Assembly: GCA_964452165.1 (NCBI GenBank)
Contig: CAYVKP010000001.1
Span: forward strand, 1,715 to 65,714
Direction of reading: 5' to 3'
Length of the DNA: 64,000 nt
Origin: an uncultured Gammaproteobacteria bacterium
Lineage (GTDB): Bacteria > Patescibacteriota > Microgenomatia > Levybacterales > GWA1-39-11
Under the pieces are notes generated by a model. It was not told the DNA's origin. It made no database searches and saw nothing but the letters and a program-made list of their open reading frames with translations. Positions 1-8,763 of the stretch are shown here, one piece after another (within the stretch, counting starts at the first letter, position 1; each line of letters begins with the position of its first letter). The position numbers were made by a program, and so were the translations under genes.

Positions 1-212
1 TCACCGGGTTCCCTACCCGCCACTATACAATTCACCTTACGGCAAATCGCTTTTATAGCAAGGTTTCCTATCCTTTGCAGATAGGTGGGTTTCCCCATTC
101 GGACACCAACGGATCAAAGAGTCATAGGTCTCTCCCCGTCGATTTTCGCGTACCTTGAAGCGTCCTTCTTCGGTCAATACTTCCTAGGCATCCACTAATG
201 ACATTAAAAATA
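1..212 (-). rRNA. rrl: 23S ribosomal RNA, 5' portion; gene continues beyond the window start
   Basis: Reverse complement reads GGATGCCTAGGAAGT...GAAGAAGGACGC...CCGAATGGGGAAACCCACC...GGGAACCCGGTGA, matching the conserved 5' domain of bacterial 23S rRNA. Exact 5' end is uncertain by ~15 nt. Confidence 0.85.
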
Positions 213-515
213 GCGTAGATTTTAAAAAATCAAAACTTATGTTCCGGCAAAGGACATAAGAAACTCGATCCCCGAGTTTTTGGCCTAGTTGTACTCAAAT
301 TAATATTTTACTCCGACTACTGCGTCGGAAATTATTTGAGAAAACAATATTTTATATATAAACCCCAATTGTCAATGTGCGGCTCTATAATATACTTTTG
401 TCTCGTCCCAAGTATATTGCCCTTGGCGACGAGGCAGAAATATACTAAATCTGCCTTAAAAATTAAGTGTGCTTGCACTGAGACCCACCTTTTCGAAGAA
501 AGGGTGAGTCGAAGT

Positions 516-588
516 GGACCCAAGGAGATTCGGACTCCTGACCTCCTCGTTGCAAACGAGGCGCACTACCAGCTGTGCTATGGGCCCG
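516..588 (-). tRNA. tRNA-Ala (anticodon TGC)
   Basis: Reverse complement GGGCCCATAGCACAGCTGGTAGTGCGCCTCGTTTGCAACGAGGAGGTCAGGAGTTCGAATCTCCTTGGGTCCA folds as a cloverleaf. Anticodon loop is TTTGCAA. It sits directly upstream of the 23S gene, as in rRNA operon spacers. Confidence 0.85.
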
Positions 589-845
589 AGATTATTGCAA
601 ATCACTCGAACCGCAGCCGAATAGCCTTGGTCCATTTAAATTTAATTTTTAAACCTGGTTGAGAAAACAAGATGTCCCCGCGTATGGGGAGAAGTTTCGT
701 TGACAATAGGGATCCCTAAGGATGTATTGGATTTAGTTTGAGTTTTTTATCATGAACTTGTGATCTGTTTCCTCGAAAGGTAAAAACTATTCTAGCGAGT
801 TCACGAAGTCTTGTCAAGCAGTATTTTGATGCTATAATTTAGCCA

Positions 846-1118
846 ATGATAGAGTTTGAAGGCGTTGATCTTTTTAAGATAAGAGAATTTACCAGTCCTA
901 ACGCAGACATCGGAGAACATACCGGAGCAATGAGATCAGCCAAGAAAAACAACCATTCAACGCTCAAGTTTGGTCCCAAAAAACTAATGGTAGCAAAAGA
1001 CAAACCACTAAGGGAAGCAGTTGAAGTTACTCATAAGCCCAGACTTTTGTCCGTCGATCACAGACAGCTACGTATTGGTGGAACTTTTAGCAAGTGGGGA
1101 ACTTCTCCAAAGAAATAA
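846..1118 (+). CDS. hypothetical protein (90 aa)
   Basis: ORF with plausible composition and no recognisable domain. Confidence 0.3.
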   Translation: MIEFEGVDLFKIREFTSPNADIGEHTGAMRSAKKNNHSTLKFGPKKLMVAKDKPLREAVEVTHKPRLLSVDHRQLRIGGTFSKWGTSPKK

Positions 1119-1136
1119 TTAAAAGTTGGTATTAAA

Positions 1137-1361
1137 ATGACATTTGAAGACAAAGTTAAATTCCTTAAGTCACATTCCTCCTTTAAAGTTGTTCAACTCT
1201 CAGAAATTCGAGGCGTGGCATTTTCCGTTAAGGAGACTGAAAAGCCCTCTGAAAGTCAGTATGTTTTAGGAAAATTGGGCTCGGTCAGCCTCGTTTTGAA
1301 TACCAATGATATTGAAAAAATAGTACGCGCCTACCCTGATTTAGCCTCAAAGTTGGCATAG
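1137..1361 (+). CDS. hypothetical protein (74 aa)
   Basis: ORF with an A-rich SD-like region upstream (aaaagttggtattaaaATG). No recognisable domain. Confidence 0.3.
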   Translation: MTFEDKVKFLKSHSSFKVVQLSEIRGVAFSVKETEKPSESQYVLGKLGSVSLVLNTNDIEKIVRAYPDLASKLA

Positions 1362-1465
1362 TTTCGCTTCAGCTTGCCTTAATTTTTTTCTTACTCGCAA
1401 TTAGCTTTTAACTTAATACTTCTTCCCTATACTCTCTTGCATAAACGGAAGGAGGTGAAAGATAA

Positions 1466-1744
1466 ATGGCAGACACATCAAAAAGAGGCTTTGCAAGCAT
1501 GGACCCTCAAAAACAAAGAGATATTGCAAGTAAAGGTGGCCAGGCAAGCTCGTCTCAGCAAGACATGAGTGACCTTGGACGTAAAGGAGGGCAAGCTGCC
1601 CAGTCCAGCGGAAATGCTCATCAGTTAACTGACGAGGACAGAAGCAAAGGTGGCTCAATGAGCCCAGGTAACTTCAAGAACGATCCTCAAAGAGCCAGCG
1701 AGGCTGGTAAAAAAGGTGGTGAATCGAGAGGTTCATCCGATTAG
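1466..1744 (+). CDS. KGG-repeat general stress protein (GsiB/YciG-like)
   Basis: Repeated SKGG/RKGGQ/KKGG motifs in a low-complexity hydrophilic protein. Strong SD (aaggaggtgaaag) 8 nt upstream. GC hairpin terminator at 1750-1778. Confidence 0.7.
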   Translation: MADTSKRGFASMDPQKQRDIASKGGQASSSQQDMSDLGRKGGQAAQSSGNAHQLTDEDRSKGGSMSPGNFKNDPQRASEAGKKGGESRGSSD

Positions 1745-1820
1745 TTTTCAGGAGCAGGCGGCCTTGCCGCCTGTTTGAATTTATAAAGCAAGATTTTTAT
1801 AAGAAAGGGGGTGAGAGCAT

Positions 1821-1907
1821 ATGGCAAGAAAAACTGGACAAGGAAGAGGCTGGCACGGTGATCCTCAAGGACATGCCGAGGCAGGCCGTAAAGGCGGTAG
1901 CGAATAG
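1821..1907 (+). CDS. small KGG-motif peptide (28 aa), possible second stress peptide
   Basis: atg at 1821 preceded by aagaaaggggg SD. Translation is MARKTGQGRGWHGDPQGHAEAGRKGGSE, sharing the KGG motif with the preceding gene. A hairpin follows at 1915-1940. Not in the supplied ORF track (below size cutoff). Confidence 0.4.
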   Translation: MARKTGQGRGWHGDPQGHAEAGRKGGSE

Positions 1908-2033
1908 TTATTCAGGCGTGACCTAGGCACGCCTGTGTGACTCGTATTTATATCCTATATTGCTTGACTTGGAAGGCTATTTTTGATAGAATTCAAGCTT
2001 CAGTTTAGTCCTGCTATCTAGCAGGATTTTTTT

Positions 2034-2687
2034 ATGTCAAAGGCAGGCCGTATTCTGCTCCTTCTTGTGGCAATTTTTGCCATAGTTGGAGCTCACACAA
2101 CGACATTTGCAGCGACAGGAGGAAATTTTTGTTCCTCCTCCTTGGTATCCAAAGCCACTTGTGGCGAAGGACTAAATGTCTGTACTAAACCTACACCAAC
2201 TGAAGGTCCCAAACAGGTTCAGTCGGCGGTGATAACACTTACCCCCAAAAATATAACGGGCACAAATACTCAACAACCAACCCCCACAAATCTTCCATCA
2301 GCTCCTGTCTTGAGCGGTCAAATGGCCTCAGATGGGGCAACTCTCAACTCCAACGCAATTTTTGATCTGGTAAATCAATATCGAGCCTCCCTTGGACTTA
2401 CTGCTTTTGAAAAAGATGATAAGGTTTGCGAACTTGCCGCAACAAGAAGTACTGAAATTCCTGCCGAGATAGAGCGTGGAAGCCTTCATTCGGGTCTTTA
2501 TAACAGGAACCTTCCTTATTGGATTTGGGAAAATGCAAAATACGGATCCGATGAGCAGGGAACCGTTGCGTGGTGGCTTGCCTCCCCTATCCATCACCAA
2601 TCAATTGTAGGAGACTACAAATTCTCCTGTGTAAAATGTAGCGGAAGCTATTGCTCAGAGCTTTTTACTAGCTTTTCACCCAAATAA
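2034..2687 (+). CDS. secreted CAP/SCP (YkwD-like) domain protein
   Basis: N-terminal signal peptide/TM (LLLLVAIFAIVGAHTTTFAATG). The C-terminal region has CAP-domain-like motifs (NQYRASLGL...HSG...WLASPIHHQSIV). Confidence 0.65.
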   Translation: MSKAGRILLLLVAIFAIVGAHTTTFAATGGNFCSSSLVSKATCGEGLNVCTKPTPTEGPKQVQSAVITLTPKNITGTNTQQPTPTNLPSAPVLSGQMASDGATLNSNAIFDLVNQYRASLGLTAFEKDDKVCELAATRSTEIPAEIERGSLHSGLYNRNLPYWIWENAKYGSDEQGTVAWWLASPIHHQSIVGDYKFSCVKCSGSYCSELFTSFSPK

Positions 2688-2761
2688 TCCACAGGCTGCC
2701 TGCCCGAGCGAAGCGAGGGGTTGCCACTCACAACTTGCCAGCAGTATAATATACAGTTGCC

Positions 2762-3346
2762 ATGGTAATTAAAAAAATGCCTCAGAAAAAAGAAAGCGCA
2801 GTTGAAAAACTCGCTGTAAAAATGACCGAATGGGTGGGTACGCCTGCTTCAATAGTCCTACACACGGGGCTTTTTATTGTGGCATTTTTTGTTTATTTCT
2901 TGGGCATTGACCTCTCAACAATTCTTTTAGTTGTGACAACTATAGTCTCTCTTGAAGCTATATATTTATCTCTCTTTATTCAGTTATCGGTTAATCGAAC
3001 AAGTGAGAGCCTTGAGGGGGTTGAAGAGAACCTTGATGAAATTCAGGAAGACGTTGAAGGCCTGGAGGGTGGATTTGGAGAAATTCAGGAAGATTTTGAA
3101 GGACTTGAAGGAAATGTTAAGAGGATCAGGCGAAACGTTGAAGAGCTTGAGGCCGACGTTGAGAATATTTCAGAAGATATTGACCGCTTTTACCTCGAAG
3201 ACGATAAAGAAGAAACCTCCGGACAAACTGCACACGTCCAATCCAGCAAATCCCTACAAAATATAGAAAAAGAAATTATAGTATTATCAAAAGGAATTCT
3301 CGCTCTACGTGACGATCTTGAAGTCCTCAAAAAAAACCTCCCCTAA
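2762..3346 (+). CDS. membrane-anchored coiled-coil protein with acidic LEG/EEL repeats
   Basis: TM helices at residues ~30-75, then repeated LEGVEENLDEIQEDVEGLEGGFGEIQEDFEGLEGNV heptad-like acidic repeats. Confidence 0.5.
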   Translation: MVIKKMPQKKESAVEKLAVKMTEWVGTPASIVLHTGLFIVAFFVYFLGIDLSTILLVVTTIVSLEAIYLSLFIQLSVNRTSESLEGVEENLDEIQEDVEGLEGGFGEIQEDFEGLEGNVKRIRRNVEELEADVENISEDIDRFYLEDDKEETSGQTAHVQSSKSLQNIEKEIIVLSKGILALRDDLEVLKKNLP

Positions 3347-3364
3347 GCCTAGACTACCCATTAA

Positions 3365-3634
3365 TTATCTAATATGAACTCCAAACATCCGAATATTAGA
3401 AAGCTCTCCATTGGTTAAGATTGAAAAAAAGGATAAAATCAGATGCAAGACTACCAATGCTACAGTAAATATTATCCAGCGTTTAGCCCAGTAAAATCTT
3501 CTACGCTTTGTGTCAAGAAATATTGAAACGGGAAGTCCTATGATCGATACAACAAAGGCCGGAGGAATAATAAACGACCAAAATATAAAGAAGTAACCCA
3601 AGAGAGGGCTAGAAGAAAAAGCCTGAATATACAT
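3365..3634 (-). CDS. small hypothetical membrane protein
   Basis: 89-aa ORF with three predicted TM segments. Confidence 0.35.
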   Translation of the reverse strand: MYIQAFSSSPLLGYFFIFWSFIIPPAFVVSIIGLPVSIFLDTKRRRFYWAKRWIIFTVALVVLHLILSFFSILTNGELSNIRMFGVHIR

Positions 3635-3639
3635 ATCTA

Positions 3640-4557
3640 CTATTGGTCCATTAAGTATTTTTCAACTTCCAGGGCGGCCATGCAGCCAAATCCTGCGGCG
3701 GTTACTGCTTGTTTGTAAGTATAATCGTGGACGTCTCCTGCAACAAAAACACGATCAATATTTGTCTTTGTGTGTTCGCGGATTTTGATGAAACCCTTCT
3801 CATCCGTCTCGATTCCTTTGAAAATTGCCGAGTTTGGAATGTGGCCAATAGCAACAAATACTCCATCGATTGGCATTTCAGATTCCTCTCCTGTTTGAGT
3901 ATTTTTTAGCTTTACTTTTTCAACTTTCATCTCACCAAGGATCTCAGCAATTTCTGTATTGTAGATTATTTTAATTTTAGAATTTTCCTTCACTCTTTTT
4001 TGCATAATCTCCGAAGCCCTGAAAGAATCGCGTCTGTGAATAAGTGTCACTTGATCGGTATATTTTGTCATGACAAGTGCCTCTTCCATAGCAGAATCTC
4101 CTCCACCTACAACAATAACTCGCTTGTTACGGAAAAATGCGCCGTCACAAGGCGCGCAAGTGGAAACTCCGCGACCAATCTTCTCCTTTTCTCCTGGCAC
4201 ATCGAGCCATTTTGTATCTGCACCCGTTGCAATAATGACAGTTTTACCCTGATATTCCTTGTCGTCATCGGCCTTAATCTTAATTGGGGTTGAATTGTAG
4301 TCTGCCTCTTTAAAGTCTATATCTAGAATTGTTGCGCCGTGGTGTTCTGCCTGTTTGCGCATTTGCGTCATAAGATCCGGTCCCTGAATCCCCTCAGGAA
4401 ACCCGGGAAAATTCTCAACCAGGGTCGTCAATTGGAGTTGTCCTCCCCATTTTCTACCACCAATAATCAAAGTTTTAAGATTGGCACGGGTTGTATAAAT
4501 TGCTGCAGTGAGTCCTGCGGGTCCAGAACCGATGATAATTACGTCGTATAGGTCCAT
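3640..4557 (-). CDS. trxB: thioredoxin-disulfide reductase
   Basis: FAD-binding GSGPAG motif, redox-active CAPCDG, NADPH-binding GGGDSA. 305 aa. Confidence 0.9.
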   Translation of the reverse strand: MDLYDVIIIGSGPAGLTAAIYTTRANLKTLIIGGRKWGGQLQLTTLVENFPGFPEGIQGPDLMTQMRKQAEHHGATILDIDFKEADYNSTPIKIKADDDKEYQGKTVIIATGADTKWLDVPGEKEKIGRGVSTCAPCDGAFFRNKRVIVVGGGDSAMEEALVMTKYTDQVTLIHRRDSFRASEIMQKRVKENSKIKIIYNTEIAEILGEMKVEKVKLKNTQTGEESEMPIDGVFVAIGHIPNSAIFKGIETDEKGFIKIREHTKTNIDRVFVAGDVHDYTYKQAVTAAGFGCMAALEVEKYLMDQ

Positions 4558-4564
4558 GTGGGGC

Positions 4565-4888
4565 TTACGAAGATAAAGCGGCGTCTATATTCTTCTTGAA
4601 TGTCTCTTTCGCCTGGACTCCAATCATTGTGCTTTCGGGCTTTCCGTTCTTAAAGATCATTATTGTTGGAATAGACATAACGCCATACTGTCCGGCTATT
4701 TGATTTGCATCAACATCCATTTCTGTAACCTTGATCTTATCGCCGTATTCTTCTGCAAGCTCGTGGACGAGGGGCCTTACCATCTTGCAGGGTTGGCACC
4801 ACTCTGCCCAAAAATCTACCAAGACCGGCGTATTACTTTTTAATACTTCTTGTTCGAAAGTTGCGTCTGTGAGGGTTACGACTGACAT
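4565..4888 (-). CDS. trxA: thioredoxin
   Basis: 107 aa with WCQPCK active site (a CQPC variant of CGPC). Immediately upstream of trxB. Confidence 0.85.
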   Translation of the reverse strand: MSVVTLTDATFEQEVLKSNTPVLVDFWAEWCQPCKMVRPLVHELAEEYGDKIKVTEMDVDANQIAGQYGVMSIPTIMIFKNGKPESTMIGVQAKETFKKNIDAALSS

Positions 4889-4973
4889 AGGAGTAACAGT
4901 ATATTACATTGTAATTTAAAGTGTCAACTAATAATTTGTTGACTTTAAATTAGATTACTGAAATACTAAAATC

Positions 4974-5330
4974 ATGAGCACAAGATCAAAAAATTCATCT
5001 TCGAATATACTTGCTTCTGCATTTTCGTTCGCCTGTATATTGATAAGTGTAGTAACTATCGCATTAGCAATTCTCGCAATATATCCAGCTGTTAGCATGA
5101 TCTCGTTTGGCTACAGCAATTACTATATATATCTTCTATTGTCAGTTGCTGGAATTTTTTTTGGTTCCATAAATATTTTTCTCATCGTCAAAAAGGTAAA
5201 TATTATTTTTATAGTAATTTGCACTTTTTTATGTTTATGCTTTGGGTTTACTTGTTTGAATATTCTCATTCTAGCTTTAGGTATCTTTGGACCTTCAGGA
5301 ATGAAAATTCCCGACAACTCCTCAATTTAA
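4974..5330 (+). CDS. hypothetical membrane protein
   Basis: 118-aa ORF with 3-4 TM helices. Confidence 0.4.
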   Translation: MSTRSKNSSSNILASAFSFACILISVVTIALAILAIYPAVSMISFGYSNYYIYLLLSVAGIFFGSINIFLIVKKVNIIFIVICTFLCLCFGFTCLNILILALGIFGPSGMKIPDNSSI

Positions 5331-5444
5331 AGAAATTACCCTGAAGAATGACCATAAAGAGTAAATTGTATTTTTTAAACACCAGATTTGAGAAAGCCTA
5401 ACAATAGGCTTTCTCATAAATTCGGCTCTCATTACAAAATTAAG

Positions 5445-5885
5445 CTATTTATAGTAGGATTTGATTTGGAATAAGATGTAGAAAGCAATTGCTGCTCCAA
5501 CAAGTCCTCCAAGTGATAAGGAAACTACGTTTGAAACAACGTTTACTACCTCACTCCAAAATAAAAATGTCCAACCGGACATTTTGTGAGCCTTGGTTCC
5601 AGGAAAGGAAGCCAAAAGCAATGCGCTTGAAACTAAGAAAAGGAGTGATCCAATTACGCCATTACCCGCTTGTCCGACTCCTGCTCCGAGAGCAACAAAA
5701 GGAGCCAGGAATGTAAGAATTCCAAAAGCTGCAACCGCTGTCACAACTCCTAAAATTCCAAAGACTAATGATATCCAGGGTGTAATTTTTACTATAACTT
5801 CAGTCCAATTTTTTGGTAACGGTGGAAGCTTTTTAAATTGTACCTCCATCATTTCTATTAATTGATTTGCGTCTGTTTTTGCCAT
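5445..5885 (-). CDS. hypothetical membrane protein
   Basis: 146-aa ORF with multiple TM helices (GILGVVTAVAAFGILTFLAPFVALGAG). Confidence 0.45.
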   Translation of the reverse strand: MAKTDANQLIEMMEVQFKKLPPLPKNWTEVIVKITPWISLVFGILGVVTAVAAFGILTFLAPFVALGAGVGQAGNGVIGSLLFLVSSALLLASFPGTKAHKMSGWTFLFWSEVVNVVSNVVSLSLGGLVGAAIAFYILFQIKSYYK

Positions 5886-5943
5886 TTTTTTTCACCTCCT
5901 CTCGAGTTTCTATCAATATACCAAAATGAGGCGTGCGAAGCAA

Positions 5944-7347
5944 TTAGAACGTGAGTCCAAGTTGGGTTTTGTCTTGATCCGAATTGCCTTCTGTCTCCTC
6001 ATCCCATATAGCAACTTTTCCGTATTCGCCGTCAAATCCGGGAACTATTTTTATGTTACGGGCGCGGACTTTTCCAATACCTTGCGCCACCTTGTCTCCG
6101 GCAACGGCTCTAATCTCTGATAGATCTACGCGGAAAAGAACTTCGTGCTCTGACCCAAAGTGGTTTACGAGTCTATCAAAAACGGTCAAGACTGTTGCTG
6201 TTGCGACTCCGGAATTAAGGCTTTCTGATAAGACCTCTAGTAGTGGGACGAGCGAGACATAGGGAGGCTTTTTATTCTCAGGATCTTTTTGCCATACTAC
6301 GCCAAATTTATCCTGTTCAGGCCTGAAATTATTTGCTGGGGTATTTGCCAACACCTCTACTCTATTCATAACCCCAACGGTCAGAGGTTTGTGACAAACA
6401 GGGCAGATTGTACCGCGACTTTTATCTTCATCTGGTGAATAAGAAACTTTACAAAGTCTGTGCCCTGTATAGTGATATTTACCTTCTTCAGGATAAAATT
6501 CGATAGTGTAGGCTATCTCAAACACACGCTCGCGACCCCTAACAAACGAGTTGAGAATGTTATCGTACGTAATGTCTTCCATTTTGATTTTTGGATTTTG
6601 ATTTTTGGATTTTAAAACGGTTGCTTCTCGTCCCATTTTTTCAAGCGAGTGAGCATCAGAAAAAGAGACTATCGAACGAGTCGCAAGCTCATTTATTCGC
6701 CAGTTCATTGCAGGATCGCTTGATAAACCCGTTTCGATTGCAAAAATATACTTTGTGTACTCCCCAAAACAATCTTGGATCCTGTCGTATCCGGAGCGAG
6801 AACCGTAAAGTGAGAACCAGGGGGTCCAGATGTGACAAGGAATAATCGCGATCTTTTTATCTATACCGTAAACTATTTCTGCCAGTTGCTTTGAGGTTAG
6901 TCCCAGTATTGGCCGCCCGTCAGATGAAAGATTTATCCCTCGCCTTGTGAGCTCCGCGTTAATTTTTGCCGCAGTCTCAAAGTTGGGAGAGAAAATTAAG
7001 TTGTGAATCCTGTGCGGGACCCCATTTTCAGTATAAATTGCCGCAACTTCTGTTGATAACATAAAATACGGCCCTAAAAAATCTTTCTGTGAAAGCTCCC
7101 CAAGTTGCGCTTCTGCATTTTTTTTATCTTTGAGGCGATAAATCCCAGAATTAATCTCCTCCAGCTGAGATTGTGCCTCACGAAACCAAATTGGGTGAGT
7201 AAAATCGGCGACTGATAGGATATTTATCCCCTTCTTGCGTCCCCAAATATACATATTTGTAAGATTCATTTTTTGAGATACTGCGCGAGAAAATCTTGAA
7301 TGTATGTGGAGGTCTAAAACGAGTTCCATTTGGAACTCATTAAACAT
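5944..7347 (-). CDS. PHP-domain protein, endonuclease Q (EndoQ)-like
   Basis: N-terminal DLHIHSRFS PHP metal-binding motif and a C-terminal CPVCHK zinc-finger-like motif. Length and architecture resemble archaeal/CPR EndoQ family proteins. Confidence 0.55.
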   Translation of the reverse strand: MFNEFQMELVLDLHIHSRFSRAVSQKMNLTNMYIWGRKKGINILSVADFTHPIWFREAQSQLEEINSGIYRLKDKKNAEAQLGELSQKDFLGPYFMLSTEVAAIYTENGVPHRIHNLIFSPNFETAAKINAELTRRGINLSSDGRPILGLTSKQLAEIVYGIDKKIAIIPCHIWTPWFSLYGSRSGYDRIQDCFGEYTKYIFAIETGLSSDPAMNWRINELATRSIVSFSDAHSLEKMGREATVLKSKNQNPKIKMEDITYDNILNSFVRGRERVFEIAYTIEFYPEEGKYHYTGHRLCKVSYSPDEDKSRGTICPVCHKPLTVGVMNRVEVLANTPANNFRPEQDKFGVVWQKDPENKKPPYVSLVPLLEVLSESLNSGVATATVLTVFDRLVNHFGSEHEVLFRVDLSEIRAVAGDKVAQGIGKVRARNIKIVPGFDGEYGKVAIWDEETEGNSDQDKTQLGLTF

Positions 7348-7384
7348 GAAATGTTATTAAGTTTCAAGGTGTTATAATTGAGGG

Positions 7385-7666
7385 GTGCAAAGCGTATCTG
7401 ACGTTCTTAAAAAGTTTAACCCCATTGAAGATAAATATATTAGCCGTGAATTTCAATCTTATGGAATATATTTATCGGAAGAACTTAATGACTACAAGCA
7501 CAAATCTCTTTATATAAAGCTTGCAAAAACGGTTCACCGTTCTATACTTGATAAGGCCTTGTCATACTGCAAAGATGCAAGAACCGACACTCCCAACAAA
7601 GGCGCCCTCTTTATGTGGAAGATGAAACAATTGAAAGATGAGAACAAGCAAAAAACAAACAAGTAA
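7385..7666 (+). CDS. hypothetical protein (93 aa)
   Basis: ORF only. Its 3' end overlaps the next gene's 5' end in another frame. Confidence 0.3.
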   Translation: MQSVSDVLKKFNPIEDKYISREFQSYGIYLSEELNDYKHKSLYIKLAKTVHRSILDKALSYCKDARTDTPNKGALFMWKMKQLKDENKQKTNK

Positions 7667-7961
7667 AGCCTTTGATAAGGTATATAAATTACTTCGAACC
7701 GTTCCAAGGGGAAAAGTTACAACGTATGGCGCAATTGGCAAAAAATTGAACATGAGCCCGCGTGTCGTGGGCTTTGCGCTTCATGCCAATCCCGATTCTG
7801 ACAATAATCCTTGTCACAGAGTAGTAAACCGTGAAGGAAGACTTGCGCCCGGCTTTGCTTTTGGAGGAACTGGCGCACAAAAACAATTACTTGAACAAGA
7901 AAGAGTGGAATTTATTGACTCAAACCACGTAGATCTTCAGAAATACTTCTTTGGATTTTAA
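7638..7961 (+). CDS. MGMT-family DNA-binding domain protein (methylated-DNA-protein-cysteine methyltransferase C-terminal-like)
   Basis: HTH region plus the PCHRVV motif characteristic of the O6-alkylguanine alkyltransferase active site. Confidence 0.65.
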   Translation: MRTSKKQTSKAFDKVYKLLRTVPRGKVTTYGAIGKKLNMSPRVVGFALHANPDSDNNPCHRVVNREGRLAPGFAFGGTGAQKQLLEQERVEFIDSNHVDLQKYFFGF

Positions 7962-8008
7962 AAGTCCGAACAAAAAGGCAAGAAAAAACCCGCCGAAGCG
8001 GGTCATTG

Positions 8009-8233
8009 TTAAGCGGCTGGTGCCGGTGGAGGTGTTCCACCCTGATCTTCCGCTGGAGGCTCTGTTGGTGCCGCCGGTGGTTCAGTTGGCATTGATGGTG
8101 GTTCTTGTGTTGGTGCCGCTGGAGGTGTTTGACCTGCCGGTGGTGTCATTGGATCTCCCGCTGGAGGAGGTGTCTGCATTCCTGGTTGTGTTGGGTCATT
8201 CGGATTCATTAATAAATTTATAACATTAATCAA
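8009..8233 (-). CDS. proline-rich low-complexity peptide (uncertain)
   Basis: Translation consists of PPAG/TPP/EPP repeats and is encoded by a local GC-rich imperfect repeat tract. A competing ORF of similar length exists on the + strand (7951..8223). Confidence 0.25.
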   Translation of the reverse strand: MINVINLLMNPNDPTQPGMQTPPPAGDPMTPPAGQTPPAAPTQEPPSMPTEPPAAPTEPPAEDQGGTPPPAPAA

Positions 8234-8271
8234 AAGAGCTTGTCAATAGGGGAAATGTATTAATTCTAAAA

Positions 8272-8736
8272 TTATCTTGTCTGAGGACACGAAAATTGCA
8301 GAGTTACATCAGTTGCTCGAAAATCTACCAACCGTGTCTCAACACTATAAATCATGTCGGGTGTCATAAAGTCTATCGTAGTATGTCCAGGCTCTCTTCT
8401 TTGACGCAAAATAAGACCATCAACCCCACTGTTATCATATATCTCACCTGGTGGATTAATTGGAAAATGAGAGTTACCCACCTTTATGCCAGGGCCAGTT
8501 TGATCAAACGGAATAGTTTTATGTTCGGGCCTGAGAGTTTTGGGATCCTTACAATTGGCATTTACTCCTAACTCTAGTGGTCCAACTGTTTGTCCTTGGG
8601 AAAGTGAGCTAGAAATAGCTGGTCTAGTGGGAGCTTGTCTATTTTCAGAATTTGCAGATCCACGACAACCCATTAATACTGCTCCTAACGCGGCTGCCCC
8701 GAGCATTCTAACAGGCCACCTCATTCCCTCTAACAT
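8272..8736 (-). CDS. secreted/lipoprotein-like hypothetical protein
   Basis: N-terminal hydrophobic signal with Cys (AVLMGCRGS). No domain recognised. Confidence 0.4.
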   Translation of the reverse strand: MLEGMRWPVRMLGAAALGAVLMGCRGSANSENRQAPTRPAISSSLSQGQTVGPLELGVNANCKDPKTLRPEHKTIPFDQTGPGIKVGNSHFPINPPGEIYDNSGVDGLILRQRREPGHTTIDFMTPDMIYSVETRLVDFRATDVTLQFSCPQTR

Positions 8737-8763
8737 ACTCTATACTTATAATCCCATTGCCAA

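Noticed and set aside
336-662. 108-aa + strand ORF and 63-aa - strand ORF in the rRNA spacer
   Set aside because: They overlap tRNA-Ala and the 23S leader, so they are artefacts of RNA-gene sequence.
7951-8223. 90-aa + strand ORF across the GC-rich repeat tract
   Set aside because: It competes with an equally plausible minus-strand ORF. Both are products of the repeat periodicity, so neither can be called confidently. Only the minus version is reported, at low confidence.
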